DNA of 64,000 nucleotides from the human T2T-CHM13v2.0 reference genome, Homo sapiens: assembly GCF_009914755.1 (NCBI RefSeq), contig NC_060930.1; one strand, given 5' to 3'. Below the pieces are notes generated by a model. The model saw only the letters and a program-made list of their open reading frames with translations. It was not told the origin of the DNA and searched no databases. Positions 35,066 to 51,502 of the stretch are shown here, piece after piece; positions within the stretch are counted from its first letter, which is position 1; every line of letters begins with the position of its first letter. A program made the translations under genes and the position numbers.

Positions 35066-36185
35066 ATGCCACTGCACTCTAGCCTGGGTTACAGAGTGAG
35101 ATCCTGTCTCAAAAAAAAGGGAGTGTCTTTATGGTATGAATGAGAGCTGATTTATTTTGCAGCATAGCAGCTGGCTCATTTTTAAAACAAGCACTTCTAC
35201 ACATTAACAGCTCACAAAATTAACGAAGAAAAAAAGTGAGGCTGAAAATATTACTATTTTGGAAGACAGAATGAAAAAAAGTTGACCTAGGCCTATCTGC
35301 TGCCTATTAGAATCATCTGAGGGGCTTAAAACACACACACACACACAGAACCTTGGCCTCCCATACACACAACCTCAGCCCTACCCCAGAAATTAACCCC
35401 TCGGCTCCACGTTCCAGCAATTGATCTGGAACAGCACCCTGATATCAGTGTCTTCTAAAATCTTCCCAGGTGATATTAACATGCAGCCATGATTGAGAAC
35501 CATGGAGCTGGACAATGATGAACAACAGCTGCTAAAACTACTAATAGAGAGCTTGACAGTGGAAAGATCAGGTTGACAACACTAAACATTGAGCATCATT
35601 AAAAGGGGGATAACTAGACATGAGGGTCCCTCTGATGTGACACAATGGAAAGTATGCAGTATTGCCTGCAAAGAACTCTTGCCAACATAGTTAACTTGGA
35701 ATTCAGTCAAACTTCTAGATACCGGTTTATAGAAAATACAGAAAACAAAGACACACTTCAGGGATGCATAGTAAAATCAGCAAAATTTGTAGGTAGAACT
35801 CAGCTGGCTTACTATTCACAATGGTCTGCAGATAAGCAAGGTAAGGATCACCTGAGAGGTTGTTTGAAATGCAGCACCTTAGCTGCCACCCAGACCTGCA
35901 GAATCTGAGTCTATATTTAATGAATTTATACGCATGTTTTTTTGAGAAGTGCTGTTCTCTGGGCCTAGTGACCAATACGTTTCAAAGGACTTTCTGCTTT
36001 TATATTTACATAATAAGTTTTTAAAAATTGAACGGAAAACAAAGAAGGAGGAGGAGGCTGTAGATTAAAGAGATTTAAGACATATTTCAAACAAATGCAA
36101 AATGAAGACATTTTTTATATTCTGATTCCAACATGATGACTATGAAAATATATAGACAAATGCTCCTCAACTTACAATGAGGTTA

Positions 36186-36437
36186 TGTTACTGGAAAGGG
36201 GTTCAGATCCAGACCCCAAGAGAGGGTTCTTGGATCTTGCACAAGAAAGAATTCAGGGCAAGTCCACAGAGTAAAGTGAAAGCAAGTTTATTAAGAAAGT
36301 AAAGGAATAAAAGAATGGCTACTCCATAGACAGAGCAACCTGAGGGCTGCTGGTTGCCCATTTTATGGTTATTTCTTGATGATATGCTAAACGAGGGGTG
36401 GATTATTCATGTCTCCCCTTTTTAGACCATATAGGGT
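36186..36437 (-). mobile_element. 3' half of a MER41A LTR, inverted relative to the provirus
   Basis: Reverse complement aligns to the 3' half of both proviral LTRs. Confidence 0.85.
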
Positions 36438-36604
36438 GAACAAAGAGGTGAGCATTCTCAGAGGTCTTCTGAGATCTAAAGAACAGGTAGGTGAGAGGCT
36501 GCCAGGCTCAGAGCAGCAAGGAAGATATGCCTCTGACAGAGAAGGTCTAGACATCTGAGATTGTGGCCTATCTCAACCAGATAGGGCTAGGCAGAGCGGC
36601 AAAC

Positions 36605-37110
<506 letters not shown>

Positions 37111-39579
37111 CGAGCCATTGGATGGCATACAGAGCTGGGAACTGCTCTTCCTGTCTGTGGGAGGAGTTCATGGAGCTGTAGGTAGCTACAGCAGGACAAG
37201 AATGGGAGCTTTTGGGGTGCCTGTCAGGAAGAGGGGTAAATACAAGGGACCTCTGTGAGGTGAAGCTATAGCCAGAGAAATAGTATTGGGTTTGTGTTGT
37301 TGTCAACCAATTGTAGCCCATGCTGAATGGCCTGAAAAATACTGATTACATGTTAGAGGCCTATCCTTCCCACCTCCCCCCATGCCTAGAATAGAAGCAT
37401 CTCAATGACCATGTTCTTTGGGATTTTTTCAGTTTCTAGAAATGCCTGGCTCACTGGAGGTTCTCCGTGGTTGAATGCTGTGTTTTCAGTTGGGTGAGTG
37501 AATAATGAACAATGTTGTTAATAACAAGGACTGTTTGGATAATAGATTTCATCAAACTTCCTGAGACCAGGGGTCTCCCTATGTAAGGAAAGAAGGGAGA
37601 AAAATAGGAGACATTAATAAAATGTGTCATTCACTCATTCAACAACAATTTGCTGTGTGCCACCAGGAACCAATGCTAGGCACTAGAGGTACAATAATAA
37701 TCAAAACCAGAGTGATCCTTGCTCTCATGAAGTTGACAGCCTGGTGGCCTACTGTGTATCAGTCTGCAGTCACAAAATTGTATGATAACCAGGACCAGGG
37801 ACTGGCCCCCCACAGAACTCTACCTATCTCTGTTCCTCATCTCTGCTCCTCTCTGTTCATTTCCTTGTACGTGGCAAGTGTACATTGGAAGCTCCTAAGT
37901 TTTACATATTAGAGCTACAGCAATTGGAGAGAGAACTTGTTGCATCTCTTGACCCCAATTCCAAAAATGCAGGACAAGTAGCTGATCACCTTAGCTGGGA
38001 TCTAGAGCCTACTCCTTAGATACCCATTGCCTGTGAAGAGAGGGAGGAATAGTGTTGTAGTGGAACATTGCAATTCCTGCGAGAACTCCTAGGATGGCAA
38101 GGGAAGAGGCATAGTTACCAGTTATTTCTTTTTCAGGGAGGTGTGGACACAAGGGGAATCCTGGACAACATAACAAGTACCCTCTGCAGAGATGGAGAGA
38201 AAACATGGTGGGGTAGGCTACAGTGGCACACTGTGTCAGCTGGGGAAGAAAGGCTGAGAGGCACTGTGCCCTGAGGCTTCCAGAGGGCCATGGGCAGGCA
38301 GGGCCTTGTGCTTCCGGGCAAGTGTGTTGAGAAGTTCAACAGACAGATCTGGGTTTGAATCCTACCTGGCTCTTTATTTGCTAAGAAGTTGCTTCACCTT
38401 TGAACTTCACTTTCTCCATCTGGGAAATAGAAATGGTCATACTTACCACCATGGGATTAATGTGAGCATTCAAAGGAAGAATATTCTCAAAGGACCGATC
38501 AAGTGACAGGCAAAGAGTAAGCACCCAATATCTGCCAGCTGTTGTTCTGATTTAGGACAAAGTCTTCTCTCCAGGGATGTTTACGTCCCAAAATGATTAC
38601 TTCTCCTGGTTGATAATTATGCTGGACCAGATGATTGCATTTATGAACATTCTAGAAGGTGGGTCAACCTTGATGATGTTCTGATAAAGACCCTGGGTTG
38701 GAGAGATCCTGTAGTGAGTCAGTCTGGGCATTGAGGAAATAAGTTCTTACATTTTTGCCCACATGAATGTCTTTGAGGTGCCCCCAGCCAAATGGAGACT
38801 TTTCAGGAAATTTACTAAGATCCATAGTACATGTTACCTAATGTCTTTCTCATAACAGATATGGTTTACTGAGTATTTGTTATGTAGAAGACACTGGACC
38901 AAGTAGACAACTTTGGAACCCCCGCCCTGTCCACAATGATGCCCCTTCTCTGAGAACTGCTCTGCCTGTCCCACCTCCTGCATAGGGGTGATGGGCTCCT
39001 GCCAGTCATAATTGTGATATATAAACCATACCCCAGCCAAGGTGGGCTTTCCAGGTCCATTGAGTCACCAATTGAAACCAAGTCCATCTTCATCCTAGGA
39101 AGTTGGCACTGAGTCTTCGAGCAGCTGCATGTGTGACTGGAACTGAAGCACAAAAGCTCAGCGACTGTGGGACAGACATATTGTGTCACATGAAGAGAGG
39201 AACAATTGATAAACAGAGTAAAACAAAACTAGTGGACAGGGAGAGGTGAGGAGATTGAAAGAGGGCACCAAGAAATGTAATTGCAGTGCATCATTGCATT
39301 AAACTGGGAAGAGCCTTATGAATCAACTCTTCCTTGGATCTGGAAAGCATGTTGTTCATTATCTGCCAGCACCTATAAAAGAGAAATGAGTAGAACCTGC
39401 TCATTCATCAGTTGAATTGCTGTGCTACTTTCTCCAAGGTTCCTTTACAAGCCTAGTACTTACTCCCTAAACAGTGTTTGACAAAAGTGGGTGTGCACAC
39501 CATCTGAATTGATTCCCTCCCCGCCACCTGCCACTGCAGAGTTCTTATAGTCCCAGCATGCTCCAAACCCTGAGAATAG

Positions 39580-39952
<373 letters not shown>

Positions 39953-40150
39953 TTTTTCTATTTAAAGGATAAAAACCTATCCCTTTTTGTAGGAAACACA
40001 AAAAACACTTCACTCACATATAACATGTCACACATACCCTTGCAGTGGGAGAATGTCTAGAGGCAACCAAGGATTCCATCCACTGGAGCCCCACGCTATT
40101 CATCACATTTCCATCTACCCATTGTCTCTCCAAGTTAATTCTCCCAGTTA

Positions 40151-40254
40151 ATAACTGATATTGTACAGATTGTTAAAATTGATTCTAAGCAATGTCCACT
40201 CTGGAAAGGAAATGTGTTATATATGGAGAAAGAGATGAATCAGTTTGCAAATTC
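40151..40254 (-). repeat. Inverted partial copy of the 41511-41968 repeat unit
   Basis: Reverse complement matches ~41768-41874 (ttcctttccagagtggacattgctta.aatcaattttaacaatctgtacaatatca). Confidence 0.9.
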
Positions 40255-40349
40255 CCAACTCATCGAGTATCAGATAAATGAAAATGCTGAGACTTTGGAG
40301 TTGCAAAAGCCTGGATTTTGAGCCTCAAAATGTGCAAAATATATTCCAT

Positions 40350-40905
40350 GTTCTGATTATCTATTGCTGCATAAAACATTACACCAAAATTCAGTAGCTT
40401 AAAACAGTCATTTAAATTTGCTCACAATTTCGTGGTTTGGGAATTGGGAAGGGCTCGGCTGAGTGATTCTTGCCTCAGGTCTTTCATGAAGTGTCAGTCA
40501 GATGTTGACTGGAACAGGAACCAACCGAAGGCTTGTGTGTGCTGAGCATCTGAGAGGCTTCCTCATAGGCTGGCAATGGATGCTGCCTTTTGGCTAAGAG
40601 CTCAGCTGGAGCTCTTGACTAAAGTACTCATCTGTGGCCTCTGGACATTGCTTGGGCTTCTCACAGCCATGGTGGCTGGGTCCTGGAGGAAGCATGTGGA
40701 GAGTGAGTGTTTAGAGACCAAAGCAGAAACTGCAAGACTTCTTCTGATCTAGCTTCAAAAGTCACACGGTGGTATTGTCATCATACTGTTGGTACTGTTG
40801 GTTTTAAGTAAGTCACCAAGGTCAGCCCAGACCCAAGGGGAGGGAATTATACCCCACCTCTCTTTAGGAGAAAGGCCAAAGAATTTACTGCTATTTCCAA
40901 TCAGC
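40350..40905 (-). mobile_element. MLT1-type MaLR LTR
   Basis: tatctattgctgcataaaacattacaccaaaattcagtagcttaaaacag...agtcaccaaggtcagcccagacccaagggg. Confidence 0.7.
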
Positions 40906-41510
40906 AAGTGCCAAAAACAAATGATTTAGAAGAATTGGTGAACAGTGTAGCTACCCTCTGGAAATGAGGTAGAGGAAGAGAGTTACAGGGGGAAGAAAGA
41001 GACTGTAGACACTCAAGTTGATAGGAAACCCTTCTCTTTTCTCACATCAGACTCATCAAATTTTGGAGGAGGCAGATAAGACATGCCAGGCTCCCAGTAC
41101 AGTTTAGGGTATCTGAGACCATGGGAAACATTGTATTACTTCTTGAAAACTCAGATGACTCACTAGCATTAAGTAGAAATGCCTGGGTGCTGTGCCTAGG
41201 CTGATAGGCTTGAGACAGCCTCAGAGCTCTCCTTGTTCCAGCAATGTACAGTTCCAAATGAAACAGACCTGGTGGTGTTAATGAAGTGGGTATTGCAGTC
41301 ATCTGCAAAGACTATCACCTAGAGACTAGATGGGAATGAGAATGTCTTGGCAGGCTCCTGTGTGGACAGATGTCTGTTGAGGACAGGATAGGAACTTAGA
41401 TGGAACCCTAGAAAAAATTGAGCATGTGTGTTGGGGAAGAGACCCAACAGATTTAGTTGGGTTAAATTTGGTTTATGTTACCTGATGAAATGGGACTCAA
41501 AATAGAAATT

Positions 41511-41968
41511 AAACTCAGTTTTAGAAATATATTTGTGAACTGACTCATCTCTCTCTCCACATAGAACACAATGTTTCGCTTTCAGAGTGGACATTGCTTA
41601 GAATCAATTTTAATAATCTGTAAAATATCAATTAAAAAAAGAAAATAAGCCACACAACAAATGCATTTATATCATAGGGAGCAGAGGGAATATTGTCTTG
41701 TTTTGTATTCAAAAGTCTGTTCTTCACAACAAAACTCAGTTTTAGAAATATACAGTCTTGCACACTTGAATTTGTGAACCAATTCGTCTCTCTTTCCATT
41801 TATAACACAATGTTTCCTTTCCAGAGTGGACATTGCTTATAATCAATTTTAACAATCTGTACAATATCAATTATAAAAAAAAGTAAGCTGCACAACAAAT
41901 GCATTTATATTACAAGGAGCAGAGGGAATATTATCTTGTTTTGTATTAAAAAGTCTGTTCTTCACAAC
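41511..41968 (+). repeat. Tandem duplication, two diverged ~220-237 bp units
   Basis: Both units run aaactcagttttagaaatata...aaaagtctgttcttcacaac; the second has an ~18-bp extra segment. Confidence 0.93.
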
Positions 41969-42348
41969 GATATCTGAGGCTCTGAGAGATCTGAGTTTTA
42001 GAATCCCAGAAAGATGGCCTGAATAAGATTTATTCTGAAAAAGCAAGACTGACAATGTTTGAAGCTTTTCTAAATCTTAAATTCTAAATCCAAGTGTCTA
42101 GCTTTATTGCCTGGATTAAATATTTCAAGTCAAAATGTCCTGACTTTTAGGGGCTTTTATTGAGTGTTTCTCTCCTAAAATAAAATGAAGCTAGGTTATG
42201 AGTGGGTCATCTTCAAAAAGATGTATTATCATTCTGATAATTTGAAGAACATACAATTATATAAAAGTACAAATCAAAACTAAGTAATTTATATGAAACG
42301 ACTTCAATTAACCATGTAACCAAAAAAGAGCTACAAAGAATTCAAATA

Positions 42349-42656
42349 AGCTAAGTGCAACGTCTCAGGCCTGTAATCCCAGCACTTTGGGAGACCAATG
42401 CGGGCAGATCACTTGAGCCCAGGACTTTGACACCAGCCTGGCCAACATGGTGAAACCCTGTCTCTACAGAAAAAATACAAAAATTGGCCAGGTGTGGTGG
42501 TGAGTGCCAGTAGTCCCAGCTACTAGGGAGGCTGAGGTGGATCACTTGAGCACAGGAGGATCTCTTACGGCAGAGGCTGCAGTAAGCCATAATCACACCA
42601 CTGTACTCTAGCCTGAGTGTCAGAGTGAGACCCTATCCACTCCCCCCCAAAAAAAT
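42349..42656 (+). mobile_element. Alu (AluJ-like)
   Basis: Diverged Alu consensus. Confidence 0.85.
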
Positions 42657-44426
42657 TCAAATAAACTCAAAATGAAAGTTTGAAACATGAGAAACAGACT
42701 GCTAATTTATTTAGAAATATATTTTTCATAGTGTGTGTTCATATGTCTATTATTCTAAAAATTATTTATACATCTAGAATAGAATGGCAAATCTCTAGCC
42801 TATTCATTCAAATTAGTATCTATTATTGATTTGAGGTGAGAGAATAATGAGAGTATTTAGCTATAACTGAATAAATCAGGTTAATTCATTTTAAATCATT
42901 TTAGTTGTGATTTTGGCTTTAATGTAAGCTCTCGCTTTATTTTAAGCTTAGGATAAATTGAAAATAATTCTCAGTATCTGTGACTTAAGTTTTAAGCATA
43001 TAGTAAGCACATTCTAGAATATTTCCTGCATTTTTAACAACTGAACTTTTTGCTTGAGAGAAAGTGGTGACTTCCTCAGTCAAATGGCATCAAACAGAGC
43101 TCCAAGCAATCGGTATTAATAGAATATCATCTTGCACCAGCTTTCTCTAGCTCTTTCTTTCCTTTTGTAACTACTTCCAAATCTATCTTTTATTTGAGGG
43201 AAATTATTAAAAAAAAGACTCAATAGACTATGAACATCAATCATTTCCCTCTACCTATTTGCAAAAAAGGAGAGATGAGAAGTAATTACTCTGCATTTAC
43301 CTTGTTCTAACCAGAAGAACTTTAGCAAGCAGGCAAAGCTGCTAAGTAGGTAATTTCACAGCTTTCAAGTGTGCCTCTAAAATAAAAAATCAAAGGCAAT
43401 AATTCCATCTTTAACAGGTGTAAGAATAAAAGGAATTAAATAGACCAGTAATTACATGCCTTTTAAAATTATGTTTATCCTCAGCCTAGGATTCTGGAAA
43501 TGTATCATCAGTCATCTTGGCATTATGCCTCCATTCTGCTTTCTACTCAAACTGGCTTTTAGTAATGAGGATTCTTGGGCAATTTCAGAGGAAGAATAAA
43601 GACTTTCCATTACATTAAAAAGTCAATCCAGTAAGCTAGCACACAGTACAAGCTCATGGTTCCTTGAATATTGAATACATATTTTCTGGTTTATAGAAAA
43701 TCTTTATATCCTGCTTGTGATATAAAGTGGGATTTTTTTGCTCCCATGAAGATGGTGCCTCGGCACATACTGGTCTCACTTAGAAAGGTCTGCACTTCAC
43801 TCTCCTTGCAGGACATTGCTTGGCACTAGTTACTAAATTGTTACCAACAGTGGAAAATAAAGCTTTGTAAAATAATCGGAGATAGCTAGATAAGCAAACA
43901 AGTTAGTTTATTTAAACTGTATTGAAAAAAAATTAAGCAAAATCAATTCTTTTTGTAAGAAGTCCCAATGACATGTTACATATTAATCCAATGTTTTAAA
44001 ATTGTGAATCTTAAATCATGGAACTTCATAATTCAGTGCAATTCAGCCCTTAAACATTTGGTACACGTTTTCTTCATGTATGTGTATGTGTGTGGACCAT
44101 ATGTTTAAGTTCAAACAGGCATCCTTATACTGGAAGCTTCATTTTAAGAAAACTTAACATAAAAATACTAACTTATAAAACATGATATTAGAGGCAATTA
44201 ACCACATTCACAGGTCTGCTTTTAGTTTTGAAATGATTTGGTGAGTTTAAGGGGGATGCTCTTGGAGTATATTTAAATTGTTCTGTTAAAATGTTTCGAT
44301 TGACATTTACCTTCTCTGTGAGCTGTATCTGGCAAATAGCAGTCTCAGTTATAGTTATGAGTTAGTAGCTGCCCTGTTTGTGTCAGCATAATTCATTTAT
44401 TTTAGAAATTTTACCAACATTCTTAT

Positions 44427-45153
44427 TGCTATGGTCTGAATGTTTGTGTCCCCCTAAAATTCATATGTTGAAACCTAATCTCCAAGGTGATGCCATTAAG
44501 AAGTGGGGCCTTTGGGAGGTGCCTAGGTCATGAGGACAGAGCCTCATGAATGGAATTAGTGCCTTTAGGGCCATTATAAATGAGGCCCAAGGGAGTTTGC
44601 TGGCCCCTTCTACCATGTGAGGACTCAGTAAGAAGGCACTGTCTGATATGGTTTGGCTCTGTGTCCTCACCCAAATCTCATCTTGAATTGTAATCCCCAT
44701 GTGTCAAGGGAGGGAAGTGATCTGATCATGGGAACAGTTTCCCCCATGCTATTCTCATGATAGTGAGTGAGTTCTCACGATATCTGATGGTTTTATGTGT
44801 TTGGTATTTCCTCCGCTTGCACTTCTGTCTCCTGCCACCATGTGAAGAAGGGCCTTGCTTCCCTTTTGCCTTCTGCTGTAATTGTAAGTTTCCTGAGGCC
44901 TCCCCAGCCTTGTGAAACTGTGAGTCAATTAAACCTCTTTCCTATATAAATTACCCAGTCTTGGGCAGTATTTTTATAGTGGTGTGAGAACGGACTAATA
45001 CACCGTCTACGAAGAAACAGGCCCTCACCAGACACCTGCCTGAGCCTTGACCTCGGACTTCTCAGCATCCAGAACTGTGAGAAATTAATTTCTGTTGTTT
45101 ATAAACACCTCAGTTTACGGCATTTTATTCCAGCCACTGAATGGACTAAGACA
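44427..45153 (+). mobile_element. MLT1A-like LTR interrupted by an MSTA/THE1-like LTR (44644-45002)
   Basis: tgctatggtctgaatgtttgtgtcccc...gactaagaca outer element; inner tgatatggtttggc...actaataca with TSD ctgtc/ccgtc. Confidence 0.82.
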
Positions 45154-45679
45154 CTTATCCACTAGACTCCAGAAAAGTAATTTAATTTAGTTTGGCAAAT
45201 CCACACACTATGACTGATTTTCAGTTTTATCTTCATTCTTTTTTTGGTACAGAAGCAGATGGATTTTTCCTCATAAGTTTCAGTTATGCTTTCAAATAGC
45301 TGTAGTGTGGAACCATACCTCCCAAAATACTGTGTCTTCTGGGCAAAATCTGCATGGAAGAGGGCCAGCCTTTGGATTCCCATTTCACCTAGAATAAAAT
45401 CCATACTCCTTGACGGGACTTACAGCAGTGAGTCATCTACCACCTCCCACCCCCCTCCTCAAGCCACACCTCTGCCCTCTACTCTTCAGCCAAGCTCCAG
45501 GGGCTTGGGGTACACAGAGACACTGAGTACTTTCTCTCTTCAAACCTGTGAAAATGCTGGTTCCTTTGCCCCAAAACCTCCCTTCCATCTCTTTGCATAC
45601 TTAGTTTTCTCTCAATTTTTATGTTTCCCTCACCATCCATCTAAAGTAAAGCTCTCCCCAACTACTCTCTATTATAGTC

Positions 45680-46036
45680 TGATATGGTTTAGCTCTGTCC
45701 CCACCCAAATCTTAAATTGTAGCTCCCATAATTCCCACATGTTGTGGGAAGGACCCGCTGGGAGATAACTGAATCACGGGAGCATTTTTCTCATACTGTT
45801 CTCGTGGTAGTGAATACGTCTCACGAAATCTGATGGTTTTATAAAGGGAAACCCCTTTCACTTGGTTCCCATTCTCTCTTGACTGCTGCAGCGTAAGACA
45901 TGCCTTTAGCCTTCCTCCCTGATTGTGAGGCCTTCCCAGGCATGTGGAACTGTGAGTCTATTAAACCTTTTTCCTCTATAAATTATCCAGGCTTGGGTGT
46001 GTCTTTTAATTAGCAGCCTGAGAACAGTCTAATACA
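45680..46036 (+). mobile_element. THE1 solo LTR
   Basis: tgatatggttt...ctaataca; TSD tagtc. Confidence 0.85.
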
Positions 46037-47298
46037 TAGTCCCTGCTTAATTTTCTTCACATCCCAATCATAGGCTATAATTATTGAGATATTTATCACT
46101 CTTTCTTTTTTGTTTGTAGTCTGTCTCCTCCCACTACAATGTGAATTCCTTGAGGTCAAAGGCCTTTGTCCCATCTTGTTCAGCACTGTATCTCTGTCCT
46201 AGTGCAACATTTTATAGATTAGAACTAAAAAAATTATTTGCTGAATCAATGGATAAATGGAAAAGGCTCTTGCTAGTGATTCTGAAGACCTGGGTTCTAG
46301 GCTGATTCTACCATTGATCAGCTTTGTGTCCTTAGATAAATCTCAACCTCTCTGAACCCCAGTGCTTTCATCTGTAAACTAAAGGGGAGAACTAGAGGTG
46401 TTGAGTTTTGATGCTTGATTCTTCCTTCTTTGTTTCCTTACAATACCAGAACAACCAGTATTGAGGGCAACCTTAGAAGAAAGCATGCATGGGTCTTGAG
46501 GTAGAACAATAGGCTGAGGATGTATAATAACAGAATTTTAACCAGCTTCAGTGCATCCTCATCTCAGATGCATGAGTCCTGGCTTTCACCTACAATACGT
46601 AATAGCCACCTTCCTACTGTGTGAGAGCTGCTTCTCCACCACTACTGCCATCCTCTTCCATATCTTCCCCAATATTAGAATGACAAAACTATCACTTGAG
46701 GACGTGGGAGCAGCATGGAAAGAAACACAGATCTACAAAGACCCCTTGTTGGAATGTCCAGTATTTGTGAAGGTGTCATGATGGAGAAGAAGTTGATACA
46801 GACTGGCAGAGAGCAGTGGGGAGAACATTTCAAGATAAGGAGTGGAGTGCAATGAGTGGAATAGTGGTCATGCCATTCTGGAGGCACATCCAAGTTGCCC
46901 TGCTAAATACTGTGTTCACTACCCAATGTCAGCCTCGGTAATCTTTTCATAGCTTTCTTCACAGGACTGTGCTATGGAGGCAGGAGGGCTGTCCTTAATA
47001 ACTTGTTATTTATTTCAAGAAAATCCTGGCCTTTTGACATGAAGCAGGACTGGGTGGGATCCATGTGACAACATGTTGGCAAAGAAGATATATAAATCAT
47101 GAAACTAAGAAAAAATGAGCCACAGGAAAATCTGAGCACTAGTGCTTGGTGAAGGGTGGGAGACTGCGGCAGAAAGTTGCTGATGGAAAGGGAGCTTGGC
47201 CTGGTATTTGCAGTATAAAAGTTAAAGATAGACTGAGAAAAGACCTTGAAACTCATAGAACTAAGATGATTAGTTCATTGATTAAGAAATTAAAATTT

Positions 47299-47716
<418 letters not shown>

Positions 47717-48012
47717 TTAAAAATTTGTTGTGGAGTGTTTCTTGGTTTCTTCTGAGGAGTGTGGGTGCATGGCTAAGAAGGTTAGGACAGTGGAGGCCTG
47801 GGCCTGTTTCTAAGCAGAAGGAAGCCTTCCAAAGGACAGAGGCAGCTGAAGAGACCAGCTGGAGAGCAGAAGGATTGTACAGCTTGCTTATGTACATAAT
47901 AGATTTGTGATTGTTTATTTGCATCTATTGGTTTTATTACTGTATTAGGGGATATAATTGATACTTTAAAATATATGTGTATTTTATATAATGTATTATA
48001 TGCAATATATTA

Positions 48013-48601
<589 letters not shown>

Positions 48602-49889
48602 TAACACACATATACACCTATGAGACTATCATCATAATCATGATACTGAACTTATTCACATCCTCATGCCCTTTGGAAATCCCTTTCTTCTGCCTGGCCC
48701 CATACCACTCATCTGCTTTTTGTCACAATGAGTTAGTTTGCATTTTCTAGAAGTTTATATAATTAGAAGCATACAGCAGGTATTTTGTTTGTTTGGTGTC
48801 TTTCACACAGCACAATTATTTCAAAATTCATCTGTGCTTTTTTATGTATTCATTCCTTTTTTTATTGCAAAGTAGTTGAATTCTTTTCCTGTGGCCACTC
48901 TAACAAATTACCACAAACTAGGTGGCTTAGACAGCAGAAATTATTCTTGCACATGTCTAGAGGCTAGAAGTCCAGAATCCAGAGGTCAGCAAAGCTGGTT
49001 CTTTCTGGAAGCTCTAAGGGAGAATCTGTTCCCAGCCTCTCTCTTGGTTTCTGGTGGCTGCCAGCAATCTTTGGTGTTTCTTGGCTTGTAGCTGCATCGT
49101 TAGATTCTGCGTCATAGAAATGGACAGTGGAAAAGGAAATACAGAGAGACTCATGGATTAAGGTGAAGAGGATGAGGGAATAAGAAAGACAAAATGGAAT
49201 AAATTGGAAGGGGTTAAAAGGAAGTGAGGAGAACTTTGCACCTCTGCCTTTCAGTCAGCATTTTTTAGTTGTTCTTTTGGCAATTTACTCCAACTTGGAT
49301 TTAAAATTTATGAGAAAAAAAGTCTCTGTTCCAGCAAAGGGATTGCCCAACCTACTGTGTCAGTCTAACGCTGACTCCATGACTGAGCACCAGATGGCGC
49401 ACTGCCCAGAGCCAAGGGACCTCCCTGGTGGCTGTAAAGAGTTCAGTGCACAGACTCAGCCACTCTTAGGTGACTTTCCACAATTGCAAATGAAACTGAG
49501 CTCAGCCTACTCAACCTTCCCTTCCTCTTTTAGATCACTGAGAAAGTCTACTGTCCCAACCATATGCCCTTTTTCGGAGCAAAATTTCTCAAAACGGCTG
49601 CCGGTAGCTGCTGTCTCCTCTACCTCACGTCCCATTTTCTCCTCAACCCACTCCAGTCAGGCTTGTGTCCCCATCTTCTCTCCTCGGGTCAGCAGTAGCC
49701 TCCGTGGTACCAAATTCAATGTCCACTCTTCCATCCTCTTGCCGGACTGTTGGCCTCATGATGCCACACTTTCTTGGACTTCCTTCTACTTCACTGACCC
49801 CTCCTCTTCAGACGCCTTCGCTGGCTCCACCCAGCCTTCTCTTCTCCAACTGCTATCTCCCCCGAGGCGATGTCCTCAGCCCTTCTCTA

Positions 49890-50304
49890 TCATCAGAGGT
49901 GTAACTTCCAATACTAGGTCATAAAAGACATTGTAGTTTCCCTCTTGCTTACATACTCCAGGGGAAGTTAGCTGCCATGTCCTGAGGACACTCAAGCAGT
50001 CCTACACAGAAGCAGGCATGCCAAAGAAGTGAGATGTATTGCCAACTTTCAGAGAGGAACTGAGGCCTCTGCCAACAGCCATGTGAGTGAGCCATCATGG
50101 AAACAGATCCCAGTCAAGCCCTCAGCTGACACAGCCTGTTAGTGACTTGATTGCAGCGTCCTGAGAAATGCTGATTCAGAACCACCCGGCTAAGCTGCTC
50201 CCAGATTCCTGACCTTCAGAAATTGTGTGAGATAATAAATATTTATTGCTTTAAGTCCCTAAACTTCGGGGTGAGTTGGTATATAACAATTGATAACTAA
50301 TACA
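49890..50304 (+). mobile_element. MLT1-type LTR, 3' portion
   Basis: ctgaggcctctgccaacagccatgtgagtgagcc...gataactaataca. Confidence 0.7.
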
Positions 50305-51502
50305 CCCATGCTGGCCTCATCTTTCAATACTTCCTCGCCTTGCTCCCACAACACTAGTGTACCTAAAACACACCCAACTTGTTCCTGACCAACACCCTGT
50401 CTCATTGTTCCCTCTGACTAAGACCCTCGCTCACTGGATCTTCTGGTTCCTGTCATTCAGGACTTAGTCTTTCCTGGCATTCTCTGTGCCTAAAACAATT
50501 CAGGGAACAAAGTAGGTGCTCTATAAACTTTTATTGAATAGAACTATGAATAAAATACTTTAAACAGTATTTATTGGAACCATAATCCTTGAGAAGATTT
50601 TGTCAATTTCTGAGGTTAAAGTCTAATTTTTCTGCTAGGTATACTTAGCTGCCCTGTTGACTTAGAATGTTGCAACTGTATTCAAAGTTTCAAAGGACAA
50701 ATATATTGAAACAGCTGCTGTGTGCAGAGGGAAGGTGAGTAAAGATTGGAGAAAGGTAGGAGGCAAGGCAGAGCAAAGTCAACACAGATTAAATTTGTGC
50801 TGACTCACAGCTGCCTCATCTAAGCAGCTCTAATTGGCAGAATGTTGCTAAAACATATTTGTTCTTCAAGAATATCCCAGAAAACTGGCAAGTCAGTATA
50901 CCTAATGGCTCAAATATTGACCCAATTCCCCCAGTGCAGAGAAATTAATATCCACTTCAGTTATACACACACACACACACATATATATATAAACTCACTA
51001 TTAAAATGGCGGATGGTGTAAGTATTAAATACCAAATGTTAATTACTTCTTAACAAAAATCTTCATACTTTTATGTCACAGACTACCCAGGAGTGATAGT
51101 CAGAATGTTTAACATCTGGTATGGTAAATATAATATATAAATCTGTATATATACCCAAAATTAAAAATAAATTTCCCTTTATTTTCTAGCTATGCTAAAC
51201 TATATATAGCATAAAATGGATAACACTTTATAGCAAATCAGTAATAAATTATTGTCATAATGTCCAGTCATTTATAAACTGACCGTGTCTTCAGGGCTAC
51301 TTAGGTTGACAGTGGATCTCTCTCTATGAAAGCCATCAGCTCCTGTTGGTGCAGACTTTTCCTGCAGCTGTGACTCTCAGTGTTTTCCTAGATCCCTGAA
51401 CTGCTTTCTGCTCTTGTCTCAATGAAGGCCAGGGAAAGGAGAGCCCCAGAGTGCTTCATCATCCGTTGTAGTAGTTTAACCCTTCCCCAGTTTGTAAATA
51501 GG

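Noticed and set aside
39373-39382. TATA-like cctataaaag as promoter of the GSTA pseudogene
   Set aside because: It is on the plus strand while the pseudogene is on the minus strand, and there is no supporting exon.
49277-49924. Longest ORF in the window (215 aa)
   Set aside because: Non-ATG start, Ser/Pro-rich composition typical of pyrimidine-rich old repeat sequence (L2-like), no recognisable domain or exon signals.
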